Part shown: positions 28,329-38,522 of the stretch, piece after piece
Layout: each line of letters begins with the position of its first letter
How positions within the stretch are numbered: position 1 is the first letter of the stretch
DNA from: Pinirhizobacter soli
GTDB lineage: Bacteria > Pseudomonadota > Gammaproteobacteria > Xanthomonadales > Rhodanobacteraceae
Reading direction: 5' to 3'
Length of the DNA: 64,000 nucleotides
Assembly: GCF_015905305.1 (NCBI RefSeq)
Contig: NZ_JADZLQ010000003.1
Coordinates: 678,201 to 742,200 of the forward strand
The notes under the pieces: generated by a model
The model's database searches: none
Told to the model about the DNA's origin: nothing
The model's input: the letters and a program-made list of their open reading frames with translations, nothing else
Position numbers and translations under genes: made by a program

Positions 28329-29353
28329 TAGAACAGTTGTAACAGATGTGACGCTCTGGAATGTAAAGCCTTAATCAGGCTTTTGCCATTTACCGCCTCA
28401 TCATTGTCTCGACTAACTTTGAGTTCGATCTCATCTTTGATGAGCGAGTGGCTTAGCCAATAGACTTTTGGGTCGCCCTTCAATACAAATCCGTAATCCT
28501 CATACCGAGTCCTTGAAGAATCTTTCCAAGCCTTAATCATAGTTAGTAGTTCGGAGCGCGAAACTGTCTTGGAGACTTGATATTGGATCGGGACGCCCTT
28601 CGTACCGCCAGGTTGCACCGCACTCATGTGCGCCCGCCTAAGGAATCGCTGCCATAACTCGAGATCGTCGCTACTCCTTAAGTTGAGCAGCGTTTTTCGG
28701 ATTACCTTGGTGATGCGAGCGTAATTATCGACTAGATCTTTGTGATGAGCTTGATTGACAGCTGCTTTCGTACGGAAACGAGGGTATAAATCAAGCGCTG
28801 GTGTATTTGGATTTCCAGGGCTGGTGGAATAGCCGATAATTTTCGTCCGGTCACTTGGGTCGCGCACTACAAACGAAGAGCTCCATTTTAAATATGACTC
28901 CATGTATTTTTGAAACGCAGACTGACCATTCTGCGAATGCTGAAAGGTGACCGTAGCCAGCACGTTTTTTGACGGGATAACCCAAAAATACGTGGCGTGA
29001 CCGGGGATCGTATTTTTTGATACCTTGTTCATAACCACTGTGCCGGAGCCAACCGTCGCTTGGCGCGGCACTGACGCCACTCTTCCGTTCGTCGAGGCGG
29101 CCTCGTTCCACGTAGTTACGAGAAAGTCTCCGCCAGAGTTTTGGCAGATGTCAAAAAGATAAGTGCCAGCGTCATCTCCAGACCCCGGACTCAATGTGTC
29201 CTCAAAGTTTTTTCCCGCTGACCAGGCAAGCGTGTCGCCCAGAACCGTTGAAGCACCTCCAAACTGTTCTTTCGTCGGCTGTGCGAACGCGTAATAGCCA
29301 CAGGCTTCAATGTTGTAAAAGGCAATTTTTGCCAACTCGGCTCTAACCGACAT
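28328..29353 (-). CDS. Hypothetical protein, first gene of the island's minus-strand cargo cluster.
   Basis: The 341-aa ORF has no recognisable motif. An AT-rich promoter region and a direct-repeat region lie upstream (29354-29703). Confidence 0.45.
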   Translation of the reverse strand: MSVRAELAKIAFYNIEACGYYAFAQPTKEQFGGASTVLGDTLAWSAGKNFEDTLSPGSGDDAGTYLFDICQNSGGDFLVTTWNEAASTNGRVASVPRQATVGSGTVVMNKVSKNTIPGHATYFWVIPSKNVLATVTFQHSQNGQSAFQKYMESYLKWSSSFVVRDPSDRTKIIGYSTSPGNPNTPALDLYPRFRTKAAVNQAHHKDLVDNYARITKVIRKTLLNLRSSDDLELWQRFLRRAHMSAVQPGGTKGVPIQYQVSKTVSRSELLTMIKAWKDSSRTRYEDYGFVLKGDPKVYWLSHSLIKDEIELKVSRDNDEAVNGKSLIKALHSRASHLLQLF

Positions 29354-29605
29354 CCCCTAACTCCATCCGTGTTTCGGGGCAATTTACTCCCGGGAGGGAC
29401 TACGCGCTATCAGCGAAAGCCTACAAGCTGGACGAGGGGTCGGAATGCGGGTACGAATCCCGACCTGATGGCGTGCTGCTTTCAACAGGCAACGCTTAGC
29501 TCGACGTCTACGGTGGCAAACGGGCAGCCGAAATGGAGCGCTCTTCCCAAGTTTGGGTGACGTGCGAGGGTGCGTAAAACGCTTGTATTAAAGGTTCGCG
29601 ACTGG

Positions 29606-29650
29606 AAACCAGTCGAAAGCGTCAATCCGAAAACCAGTCGAAAGTGTCAA
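29606..29650. repeat. Two 20-bp direct repeats (AAACCAGTCGAAAGCGTCAA / AAACCAGTCGAAAGTGTCAA) 25 bp apart, about 55 bp from the tRNA 3' end. Candidate transposase/recombinase binding sites (element end).
   Basis: 19 of 20 positions are identical. They lie at the island / tRNA junction, and a TGT/ACA dinucleotide-type terminus candidate sits at 29677-29679. Confidence 0.4.
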
Positions 29651-29703
29651 AAGTGACGTTTGACGCTGGGATAACTACAGGCGTCACTGGCCTGCACTTT
29701 GAT

Positions 29704-29781
29704 TGGTGGGCCCACCAGGACTCGAACCTGGAACCAAAGGATTATGAGTCCTCTGCTCTAACCATTGAGCTATAGGCCCGC
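29704..29781 (-). tRNA. tRNA with anticodon CAT (Met, or lysidine-type Ile2), with an encoded CCA.
   Basis: The reverse complement reads GCGGGCCTATAGCTCAATGGTTAGAGCAGAGGACTCATAATCCTTTGGTTCCAGGTTCGAGTCCTGGTGGGCCCACCA. It forms a cloverleaf with a GGTTCGAGTCC T-arm and a CTCATAA anticodon loop. Confidence 0.85.
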
Positions 29782-29907
29782 GTGCGGCCGCCAAGTGTAG
29801 CCAAACCTTTGGAATTGAACGATACCCTTCCGCATGTTCTTGCGAAGCCTCGCCGTTCACGGTGGGCACGGCACTCTATCTTCCAGTTCCCCCACTGGAG
29901 GTTTGCG

Positions 29908-30111
29908 ATGAAACGACTGATTGCCAGCGCCTGCCTCACCCTGGCCGCGGCCTTTGCCGCGCCGGCTGTGTTCGCCCAGCCTTACCCGCCGCATCATGTG
30001 ATTCATCACCCCGTGCATCATGTACCGCCGCATCGGGTGGTCCATCACCGCGTCGTTCATCACCGCGTGGTGCACCATCCGGTCCATCGGACGGTCGTCA
30101 TCCATCACTGA
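29908..30111 (+). CDS. Small secreted histidine-rich protein, a possible periplasmic metal-binding peptide.
   Basis: The ATG at 29908 follows a GGAGG motif. The translation is MKRLIASACLTLAAAFAAPAVFAQPYPPHHVIHHPVHHVPPHRVVHHRVVHHRVVHHPVHRTVVIHH, a signal peptide followed by HHxVV repeats, and the repeats are tandem at the DNA level. Confidence 0.5.
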   Translation: MKRLIASACLTLAAAFAAPAVFAQPYPPHHVIHHPVHHVPPHRVVHHRVVHHRVVHHPVHRTVVIHH

Positions 30112-30258
30112 GCCTTGCGCCAGGCGTTATCGACAAAGCCCGCACAGTGCGGGCTTTGTCTTATCCGGCCTTCGGAAACTTGCCTCGTAATTGTGTAACG
30201 CCGACCGACAGGCGTAAGTTACGCCTAACGTTACGCGTAACACCTGAACCCTACGTCC

Positions 30259-30861
30259 ATGTCAGCCCAGAAACCAGTCACCACCGGAGCGCAGCGCCAG
30301 CGGGCGTTCCGTGATCGGATGACCCGGATGGGCATGACGATCCCCAGGATCTACATGACCGAGGCCGAGCAGGAACTGGTGCGCCGGTTCCTGCGGCATG
30401 TTCGTGGCGCGCACACCGATGCCCTGGTGGCGCACATGGACTTCAACGCGATGAACGACAAATGGACCACCCAGACGCTGCACGACGCCCTGGCCAGTCA
30501 TGCCGGCGAGCACCGTCAGCTGGCCGACTTGCGCCTGCACAAGGCGCCGCCGTCCGTCGCGTTCCGCCTGCGCGACTACGGCGACCAGCCGGTGAGCATT
30601 GCCGTCAGCGAGGACGAGGTGCACGTGTCCACGCCGTTGTGCGAACAGCGGTCGGTGCAACGCCCTGATGCCTTCAACGAGGCCTGCCTGCGCCTGGGGC
30701 CCGTGATGCCGTTGTCGAACGTGGGGCTGGTGGGCAATCACTACGTGCTGTTCGGCCAGATCTCTTCGCATGCCCCGCTGGCCAACATCGTCGAGGAGCT
30801 CGACGTGCTGGGCCAGAACGCAACGCTCGCCATGGGCGAGCTCTCCCACCTGATCGGGTAA
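30259..30861 (+). CDS. Hypothetical protein.
   Basis: The 200-aa ORF has high GC3 on the plus frame, and the equal-length antisense ORF (30262-30885) looks like an artifact. No motif was recognised. Confidence 0.45.
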   Translation: MSAQKPVTTGAQRQRAFRDRMTRMGMTIPRIYMTEAEQELVRRFLRHVRGAHTDALVAHMDFNAMNDKWTTQTLHDALASHAGEHRQLADLRLHKAPPSVAFRLRDYGDQPVSIAVSEDEVHVSTPLCEQRSVQRPDAFNEACLRLGPVMPLSNVGLVGNHYVLFGQISSHAPLANIVEELDVLGQNATLAMGELSHLIG

Positions 30862-31013
30862 GCCGAGCAAGCAAGGGCCACTCACAACGCAAAGCCGTGT
30901 TCCCGCCCGCGTTCGTCAGGCGGGCGCCGTCGGCCGCTCGCCTGCGCACCCACGACCACTTTCCAACTCCCCGGCATCGCGCCGGATCTTCTACCTGTCA
31001 AAGGAACTTCGAA

Positions 31014-32987
31014 ATGACCTGGCTTGTTGCAACTTCGGTAGGTGTCGCTGTGCTGGCGCTGCTGGTGTATGCGTCGCGCGCCATTGTCTACATCCCCAAC
31101 GATCGCGTCGGTATCGTGGAGCGCCTGTGGGGCGCCGCCTCGATCGCGCGTGGCCTTATCGCACTAAAAGGTGAAGTCGGTTACCAGCCGGCCGTGCTGC
31201 GCGGCGGCCTGCATTATTTCTTCCCGTTCCAGTACCGCGTGCACAAGGCGGAGCTGGTCACCATCCCGCAGGGTGAGATCGGCTACATCTTTGCCCGCGA
31301 TGGCCACGACCTGCTCGACGGCCAGGCGCTCGGCCGCACGGTGGACACCGGTGTGGAAGACGTGGCCGAGTTCCTGAAGGCCGGCGGCCAGAAGGGCCCG
31401 CAACGGATGATCCTGCGCGAAGGTACGTACGCACTGAACGTGGCGCAGTTCGCCATCATCACCGCGTCGCATGTGCATGGCCTGCTGTTGTCGCAGGATG
31501 AACGCGGCACCATCGAGCAGATGGGCACGGTGCTCTCGCAGCGCGGTGGTTTTTCGCCGGTGGTGATCGTCGGCCGGCAGTCCACGGCCAATGAGGAAAA
31601 CGGCCACGACATGCTGGGCGTGGTGACCATCCACGACGGCCCGGTGCTGCCGCCGGACGAGATCGTCGCCCCGCGCGCTGGCCACGACCCGGCCAACAAG
31701 GCCACCTTCCACAACAACTTCCAGAACATCGACGCCTTCCTGCGCGCCGGCGGCTACCGCGGCCGCCAGCACCAGGTGCTGGTGGAGGGCACGTATTACA
31801 TCAATCGCCTGTTCGCCACGGTGGACTTCATTCCCAAGACCGTCGTACCGGTGGGTTTCGTGGGCGTGGTGGTTTCCTACATCGGGAAGACCGGCGCGGA
31901 CCGCTCGGGCGAGGGGTATTCCCACGGCGAATTGGTAGACAGCGATTGCCGCGGCGTGTGGAAGGAGCCGCTGCTGCCGGGCAAGTACGCCTTCAATACC
32001 TACGCCGGCAAGATCCAGCTGGTGCCGACCACCAACTTCATCTTGAAGTGGACGCCGGAGGTGACCAACGTGCACAAGTTCGATGAGAACCTGACCGAAG
32101 TGTCGCTGATCACCAAGGATGCTTTCGAGCCGCTGCTCCCGCTGTCGGTGGTGGTGCACATCGACTATAGGAAAGCCCCGCTGGTGGTGCAGCGCTTCGG
32201 TGACATCAAGCGCCTGGTCGACCAGACGCTCGACCCGATGGTCAGTGCCTATTTCAAGAACATCGGCCAGACAAAGACCTTGATCCAGCTGATCCAGAAT
32301 CGCGCGGACATCCAGGAGATCGCAGGCGTCGACATGAAGTCGCGCTTCGCCCTCTACAACCTGGAACTGCAGGAGGTACTGATCGGCACGCCGCACGGTA
32401 GTGCCGGCAACGCCTCAGGCAGCCGCATCGACGCGCTGCTGAACCAGTTGCGTGACCGCCAGGTGGCACTGGAGCAGGTGGCCACCTTCGAACTGCAGGA
32501 GCAATCCACCGCCAAGGAGCGTTCGTTGCGCGAAGCCCGCGCCAAGACGGACATCCAGGCCGAGCTCACCAACTCGATGATCCACATCCAGATCAAGCGC
32601 AATGTGGGTGAGGCTGCGGTGGTCGAGGCCGACCGCCGCGCCGAGGTGATCCGCATCGACGCCGATGCCGAGCGCGGCCGCCTGACGGCTGAAGGTAGCG
32701 GCCGCGCGTCCGCCATCGCCGCGGTGGGTAAGGCCGAGGCCGAGGCCATCCAGGCCAAGTCCACGGCGCTGACGGGCGAGGGCGCCCGCCTGCAGCTGAT
32801 CAACACGCTCGGCTCACAGTTCGCCGATGCCATTCGCGACGGCCAGGTCGCCATCGTGCCGAAGATCGTCCTGGGTGGCGAAGGCGGCAACGGCCTGGGC
32901 TCGCTGATCCAGCTGGCAAGCTCTCTGCTGGCGGAGAAGGTGGACAACGCCGAGCCCGACCGCAAGCTGGCCGTGTCGCAGCTGTAG
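31014..32987 (+). CDS. SPFH/band-7 flotillin-like membrane protein (YqiK-like).
   Basis: The ATG at 31014 follows AAGGAA. The protein has an N-terminal TM segment (LVATSVGVAVLALLVYA), an SPFH-like core and a long Ala/Glu/Arg-rich coiled coil (AKERSLREARAKTDIQAELT...AEAEAIQAKS) typical of flotillins. Confidence 0.65.
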   Translation: MTWLVATSVGVAVLALLVYASRAIVYIPNDRVGIVERLWGAASIARGLIALKGEVGYQPAVLRGGLHYFFPFQYRVHKAELVTIPQGEIGYIFARDGHDLLDGQALGRTVDTGVEDVAEFLKAGGQKGPQRMILREGTYALNVAQFAIITASHVHGLLLSQDERGTIEQMGTVLSQRGGFSPVVIVGRQSTANEENGHDMLGVVTIHDGPVLPPDEIVAPRAGHDPANKATFHNNFQNIDAFLRAGGYRGRQHQVLVEGTYYINRLFATVDFIPKTVVPVGFVGVVVSYIGKTGADRSGEGYSHGELVDSDCRGVWKEPLLPGKYAFNTYAGKIQLVPTTNFILKWTPEVTNVHKFDENLTEVSLITKDAFEPLLPLSVVVHIDYRKAPLVVQRFGDIKRLVDQTLDPMVSAYFKNIGQTKTLIQLIQNRADIQEIAGVDMKSRFALYNLELQEVLIGTPHGSAGNASGSRIDALLNQLRDRQVALEQVATFELQEQSTAKERSLREARAKTDIQAELTNSMIHIQIKRNVGEAAVVEADRRAEVIRIDADAERGRLTAEGSGRASAIAAVGKAEAEAIQAKSTALTGEGARLQLINTLGSQFADAIRDGQVAIVPKIVLGGEGGNGLGSLIQLASSLLAEKVDNAEPDRKLAVSQL

Positions 32988-33099
32988 GCCCTACGGTTGA
33001 CATGGATGGCGATGGACCAGGGAAGGTCCACGAATTGGTCCTTCTTTCGTCACGACTCCGGGCGTACCCTCGGGGTCCCTATCCCCTGGAGCGACAGCG

Positions 33100-33471
33100 A
33101 TGAGCACTGAATCGGTAGCCAAGCGTTTGGTGGAGCTGTGTCGGAGCGGTGAGTTCGAGGCGGCGCAAAAGGAGCTTTACGCGCAGGATGCCGAAAGCTT
33201 CGAGGCGCCGGGTTCACACCAGGCCGATATGGGCGACGTCAAGGGATTGGACGCGATTTTCAAGAAGGGCGAGGCCTTCCAGGCGAGCGTGAAGGAAATG
33301 CACGGCGTCAAGATCAGCGACGCCACCGTGGCCGGCAACTGGTTCAGCCTCGCGATGACCTTGGACGTGACGATGAAGGAACACGGCCGCATAGAGATGA
33401 CCGAAATTTGCGTCTATCACGTGAAGAACGACAAGATCGATCGCGAGCAGTTCTTCTACGATATGGGGTGA
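33100..33471 (+). CDS. SnoaL/NTF2-like small protein.
   Basis: The 123-aa ORF has an alpha+beta cone pattern (VAKRLVELCRSGEFEAA...WFSLAMTLDVTMKEHGRIEMTEICVYHV). Confidence 0.45.
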   Translation: MSTESVAKRLVELCRSGEFEAAQKELYAQDAESFEAPGSHQADMGDVKGLDAIFKKGEAFQASVKEMHGVKISDATVAGNWFSLAMTLDVTMKEHGRIEMTEICVYHVKNDKIDREQFFYDMG

Positions 33472-33517
33472 GCTTTAGGGTAGTGGAGAAAGTGCCCGCG
33501 AACGCGGGCTCTTTCTT

Positions 33518-34651
33518 CTAGACGTTCTGATCGTTCCATGATCCCGCACTACCGATTACCACCCGAAACGGCCCATCACGAAACGGTAGGTAATGCATCA
33601 GGGCTGCGTTGGCAGTCGCCAGGTACGATTCGGCGCGGTATCGAGGTCGATCCGGGGAGTAGTGCAGTACTTCCATCGCGCGCAGGAGGTTAGCCTCGAC
33701 AGACGCTATGTCGGGTCGAAGCGCTGAAATCATGTCAGTGAATAGCTGGGGCCCTGTCAGGTGAAACACGGCACGGATGTAGGCATTCATCCGGTGATCT
33801 TCCGGCTCCCCGGGCCTGCCCCATGGGCGATCGGCGAAGAACGCAGGCGATGCTTCAAGGCGCAGGCACGCTTCATCGAGCATGCACATCAGTACGGGGT
33901 TACCCGCGTGACTGGCGAAATGACTCTGGTTGTATCCGGCGAAGCCGTGTAGCGGATCGCTATAGCGGCTACCAAGAAGAAGATCGCCCCGGGCTGCCAG
34001 CAGGTGAGCATTGATATCGACCTCGTCGGCGAATACGTCGTCGACATCCAGGTACACGCCGCCGTACGCATAAACTAGCCAGAGCCGCAGGAGATCCGAG
34101 GCGGCGCCATAGTTTCGCGTTGTCTCTTCAATGAAAGCGCGGTAGTAACGATGGACCGGCAATTCTCGGAACGCGGAAAAGCACGGCTCGTCATCAAGAC
34201 TGAGCACATTGACCCATGGCACTCGATCAGTCAGTCGGTTACGCATGGCGGCCAGCAGCGAAGGGTCATCCATGCCCACATGAACGATGGTCCGAAAGCC
34301 TGGTGTGCGCAACGCGTTCAGCAGCACGCGGTTTACGAGCGCTTCGGGCATAAGGCGATGACCTACCCACACGAAGTGAAGAAACTGCGGTATTGGCCTG
34401 GCGTTGAGCGGTACGGCTGGCATGCCGGGGAGTTCGACTCGCCGCAGGCGCGAGTCATCATTGAGGCATGCAAGTGCTAGCGATGGGGTGCCGTCCTGAT
34501 GCGCGGTCGTCCAGACGCGTTGGTCGAGGTCGAACTGCACAGGCAGCCTTTGCCCATCGACCAGCGCGGTATCGACACCCGTATGGGAATCAACCTCGAT
34601 CCCGCCGACGGGAATGTCGACGACCATCGACGGTGGGCTTGTGTCCTGCAT
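33518..34651 (-). CDS. DXD-motif glycosyltransferase of the Gly_transf_sug / OCH1 / TcdA-catalytic-domain type.
   Basis: IPQFLHFVWVG matches the HFIWIG sugar-binding motif of GT32/GT44 enzymes, and GGVYLDVDD matches the DXD motif. The ORF is 377 aa. Confidence 0.55.
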   Translation of the reverse strand: MQDTSPPSMVVDIPVGGIEVDSHTGVDTALVDGQRLPVQFDLDQRVWTTAHQDGTPSLALACLNDDSRLRRVELPGMPAVPLNARPIPQFLHFVWVGHRLMPEALVNRVLLNALRTPGFRTIVHVGMDDPSLLAAMRNRLTDRVPWVNVLSLDDEPCFSAFRELPVHRYYRAFIEETTRNYGAASDLLRLWLVYAYGGVYLDVDDVFADEVDINAHLLAARGDLLLGSRYSDPLHGFAGYNQSHFASHAGNPVLMCMLDEACLRLEASPAFFADRPWGRPGEPEDHRMNAYIRAVFHLTGPQLFTDMISALRPDIASVEANLLRAMEVLHYSPDRPRYRAESYLATANAALMHYLPFRDGPFRVVIGSAGSWNDQNV

Positions 34652-34790
34652 GGCGTCCTGCCATTCGATTCAACGACAACCATGGTATCGCCGGGCCATC
34701 CTTACGCTTGCAGGAAAAGACCGCCTTGCGCAGCCAAAGAAAAGGCCCGCCGAAGCGGGCCTTATTCCTGACTGCCAGACGCCCTGGATA

Positions 34791-36653
<1,863 letters not shown>

Positions 36654-36830
36654 TCCGACCGCCGCTATCTGCATGACTAACCATTATACCAATATGGTGA
36701 TTTTATGACCAGTATCAAGAACATGGGCGGTCGGACAGGCACGCAAGAATCGCGCCATGTCGTCGGTATCCATGTCCTTGGCCCGGGCAACTTCACCGGC
36801 GAGGCCTGGTGCCACGGTTATCGGCCGGGA

Positions 36831-37271
36831 TCAGCGAACCTCCAGATGGAAGGTCGCAGGGCCGTCGTTGCACAGGTGAACCATCATATGGGCACCGAAC
36901 CGGCCGGTTTCCACCCCCGGGTAGGCAGCACGCGCCAAGTCCACCAGCCGGTCGAACCACAGCCGGCCCTCTTCCGGGGCGGCGGCTGAGGTAAAGCTAG
37001 GCCGCATGCCCTTCCGGGTGTCGGCGGCGAGGGTGAACTGGCTTACCAGCAGCAGGCCGCCGCCGGTGTCGGTAAGGGAACGGTTCATTTTCCCGGCCTC
37101 GTCGGCGAACACCCGGTAGCCGAGCAGGCGTTCGACCATGCGCCTGGCCTGGGTTTCGCCGTCGCCGGGCTCCACCGCGACCAGGGCAAGCAGTCCCGCG
37201 CCGATGGCCCCGATGCTTTCGCCGTCCACTTCGACATGGGCGGAACTGACACGCTGGATAAGGGCAATCAT
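36831..37271 (-). CDS. dtd: D-aminoacyl-tRNA deacylase.
   Basis: The translation [18 protein letters not shown]...[17 protein letters not shown]...[11 protein letters not shown] is colinear with E. coli Dtd. Confidence 0.85.
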   Translation of the reverse strand: MIALIQRVSSAHVEVDGESIGAIGAGLLALVAVEPGDGETQARRMVERLLGYRVFADEAGKMNRSLTDTGGGLLLVSQFTLAADTRKGMRPSFTSAAAPEEGRLWFDRLVDLARAAYPGVETGRFGAHMMVHLCNDGPATFHLEVR

Positions 37272-37315
37272 GCCTGCGAATTTAGCGGCAAGCGGCGCCG
37301 GGTTACCATGGGCGG

Positions 37316-38221
37316 ATGCGTCCCGACATCTACCTCGTCTACCTGTTGTTGCGGCTTTTCAGCCTGTTGCCGCTCAAGGCCATGCACCGGCTGGGCGATG
37401 CCATCGGCCGGTTGTCGCTGGCCCTGCACAGCAAGGCGGCACGTCATACGGCGGTGAACCTGAAGCTGGTGCGCCCGGCGCTGGATGATACGGCGCAAGC
37501 CGCCCTGCTTAAGCAAACCATGGAAGAAAGCGGCCGCTCGCTCACCGAAATGGCCAATATCTGGGGCGGCGGCGCGCAAAAGGCGCTGGGCCTGGTGCGC
37601 GAAGTGCGTGGCCTTGAGCTGTTCGAGGCGGCGATCGCCAGCGGCAAGGGCACCATCATCGCCGCGCCGCACTTAGGTTGCTGGGAGCTTCTGAACTACT
37701 GGCTATGCAGTCGCACGCCGATGGCCATCCTCTACCGTCCGCCGCGGGTGGCGGCGGTGGAAACGCTGCTGCGCAAGGTGCGCGGCGCACTGGCGCCCGA
37801 ACAGGTGCGCGCGGAAGGTGCCGGTGTCCGCACGCTCTACAAGCGCCTGGCTGCCGGCGGCACCGTGGGCATCCTGCCCGACCAGAAGCCCCGCGCCGGC
37901 GAGGGTGAATTCGCCCCGTTTTTCGGGGTGGAGGCTCTAACCATGGTCTTGCTACCGCGGCTGGCAGCGCGCACCGGCGCTACGGTGCTCTTCAGCTTTG
38001 CCGAACGCCTGCCCGACGGCGAGGGGTTCCGCATCCATATCCTGCCGGCGCCCGACGGCCTTGTCGCAGCCGACCTCAAGATCGCCTGTGCAGCGCTGAA
38101 CCGGGGCGTGGAGCAGTGCGTGGAGCTGGCATTCGCGCAATACCAGTGGCACTACAAGCGCTATAGCGCCGACGACCGCCCTTCGCCGTATTCGCGCCGG
38201 CAACAGCCCGCTAGCGCGTAA
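37316..38221 (+). CDS. Lipid A biosynthesis (Kdo2-lipid IVA) acyltransferase, LpxL/HtrB family.
   Basis: The 301-aa ORF has the N-terminal hydrophobic anchor ([15 protein letters not shown]) and the lysophospholipid-acyltransferase region [11 protein letters not shown] (HX4D-like). Confidence 0.65.
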   Translation: MRPDIYLVYLLLRLFSLLPLKAMHRLGDAIGRLSLALHSKAARHTAVNLKLVRPALDDTAQAALLKQTMEESGRSLTEMANIWGGGAQKALGLVREVRGLELFEAAIASGKGTIIAAPHLGCWELLNYWLCSRTPMAILYRPPRVAAVETLLRKVRGALAPEQVRAEGAGVRTLYKRLAAGGTVGILPDQKPRAGEGEFAPFFGVEALTMVLLPRLAARTGATVLFSFAERLPDGEGFRIHILPAPDGLVAADLKIACAALNRGVEQCVELAFAQYQWHYKRYSADDRPSPYSRRQQPASA

Positions 38222-38522
38222 GTCGCCGGAGGAAGACCGTCATTTCTTTTTCCGCTTGCTTGTCGCCGCGGCGCTGCGCGGCGGCAATGCCGTGCTCGTA
38301 GCTTTCAATGGCGGCCGCGGTGTCGCCGCTGCCTGCCTGTGCCCGGGCAAGCAGCTTCCAGGCAGCGGAGTAGTCCGCATCGAAAGCGACCGCGCGATGC
38401 AGCTGCACGATCCCCTCGGCGGTATCACCGTCCTCTAACAGGGCCGAGCCCAGCGAAAACCGCAGCAGGGCACCATCGCGCGGACCGTCCAGTTGCTTGC
38501 GCAGGGCCTCGACGCGGCTCAT
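38211..38522 (-). CDS. Small TPR-like protein.
   Basis: This is the C-terminal 103 codons of the track ORF 38211-39416 (MSRVEALRKQLD...). Its ATG overlaps the stop of the upstream GT39 gene (ATGA). Confidence 0.4.
   Translation of the reverse strand: MSRVEALRKQLDGPRDGALLRFSLGSALLEDGDTAEGIVQLHRAVAFDADYSAAWKLLARAQAGSGDTAAAIESYEHGIAAAQRRGDKQAEKEMTVFLRRLTR

Larger units (their letters stand above)
8163..29703. mobile_element. Accessory genomic island of about 21.5 kb, AT-richer than its flanks, between the xylR stop and the 3' end of tRNA(CAT). It looks composite, made of degenerate Tn7/Tn5053-like genes, a serine-recombinase module and a defence-like cargo cluster.
   Basis: Base composition shifts abruptly at 8163 and 29704 (estimated by eye). 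Contents are a truncated DDE transposase, a TniB/TnsC-like ATPase, TniQ, a large serine recombinase, ParB-like proteins and many hypothetical proteins. The right-hand boundary abuts a tRNA 3' end. Confidence 0.6.

Noticed and set aside
30262-30885. The 207-aa minus-strand ORF co-extensive with the 30259-30861 plus-strand gene.
   Set aside because: The plus-strand frame has consistently G/C-ending codons (high GC3). The minus-strand translation is Arg/Gly/His-rich low-complexity.
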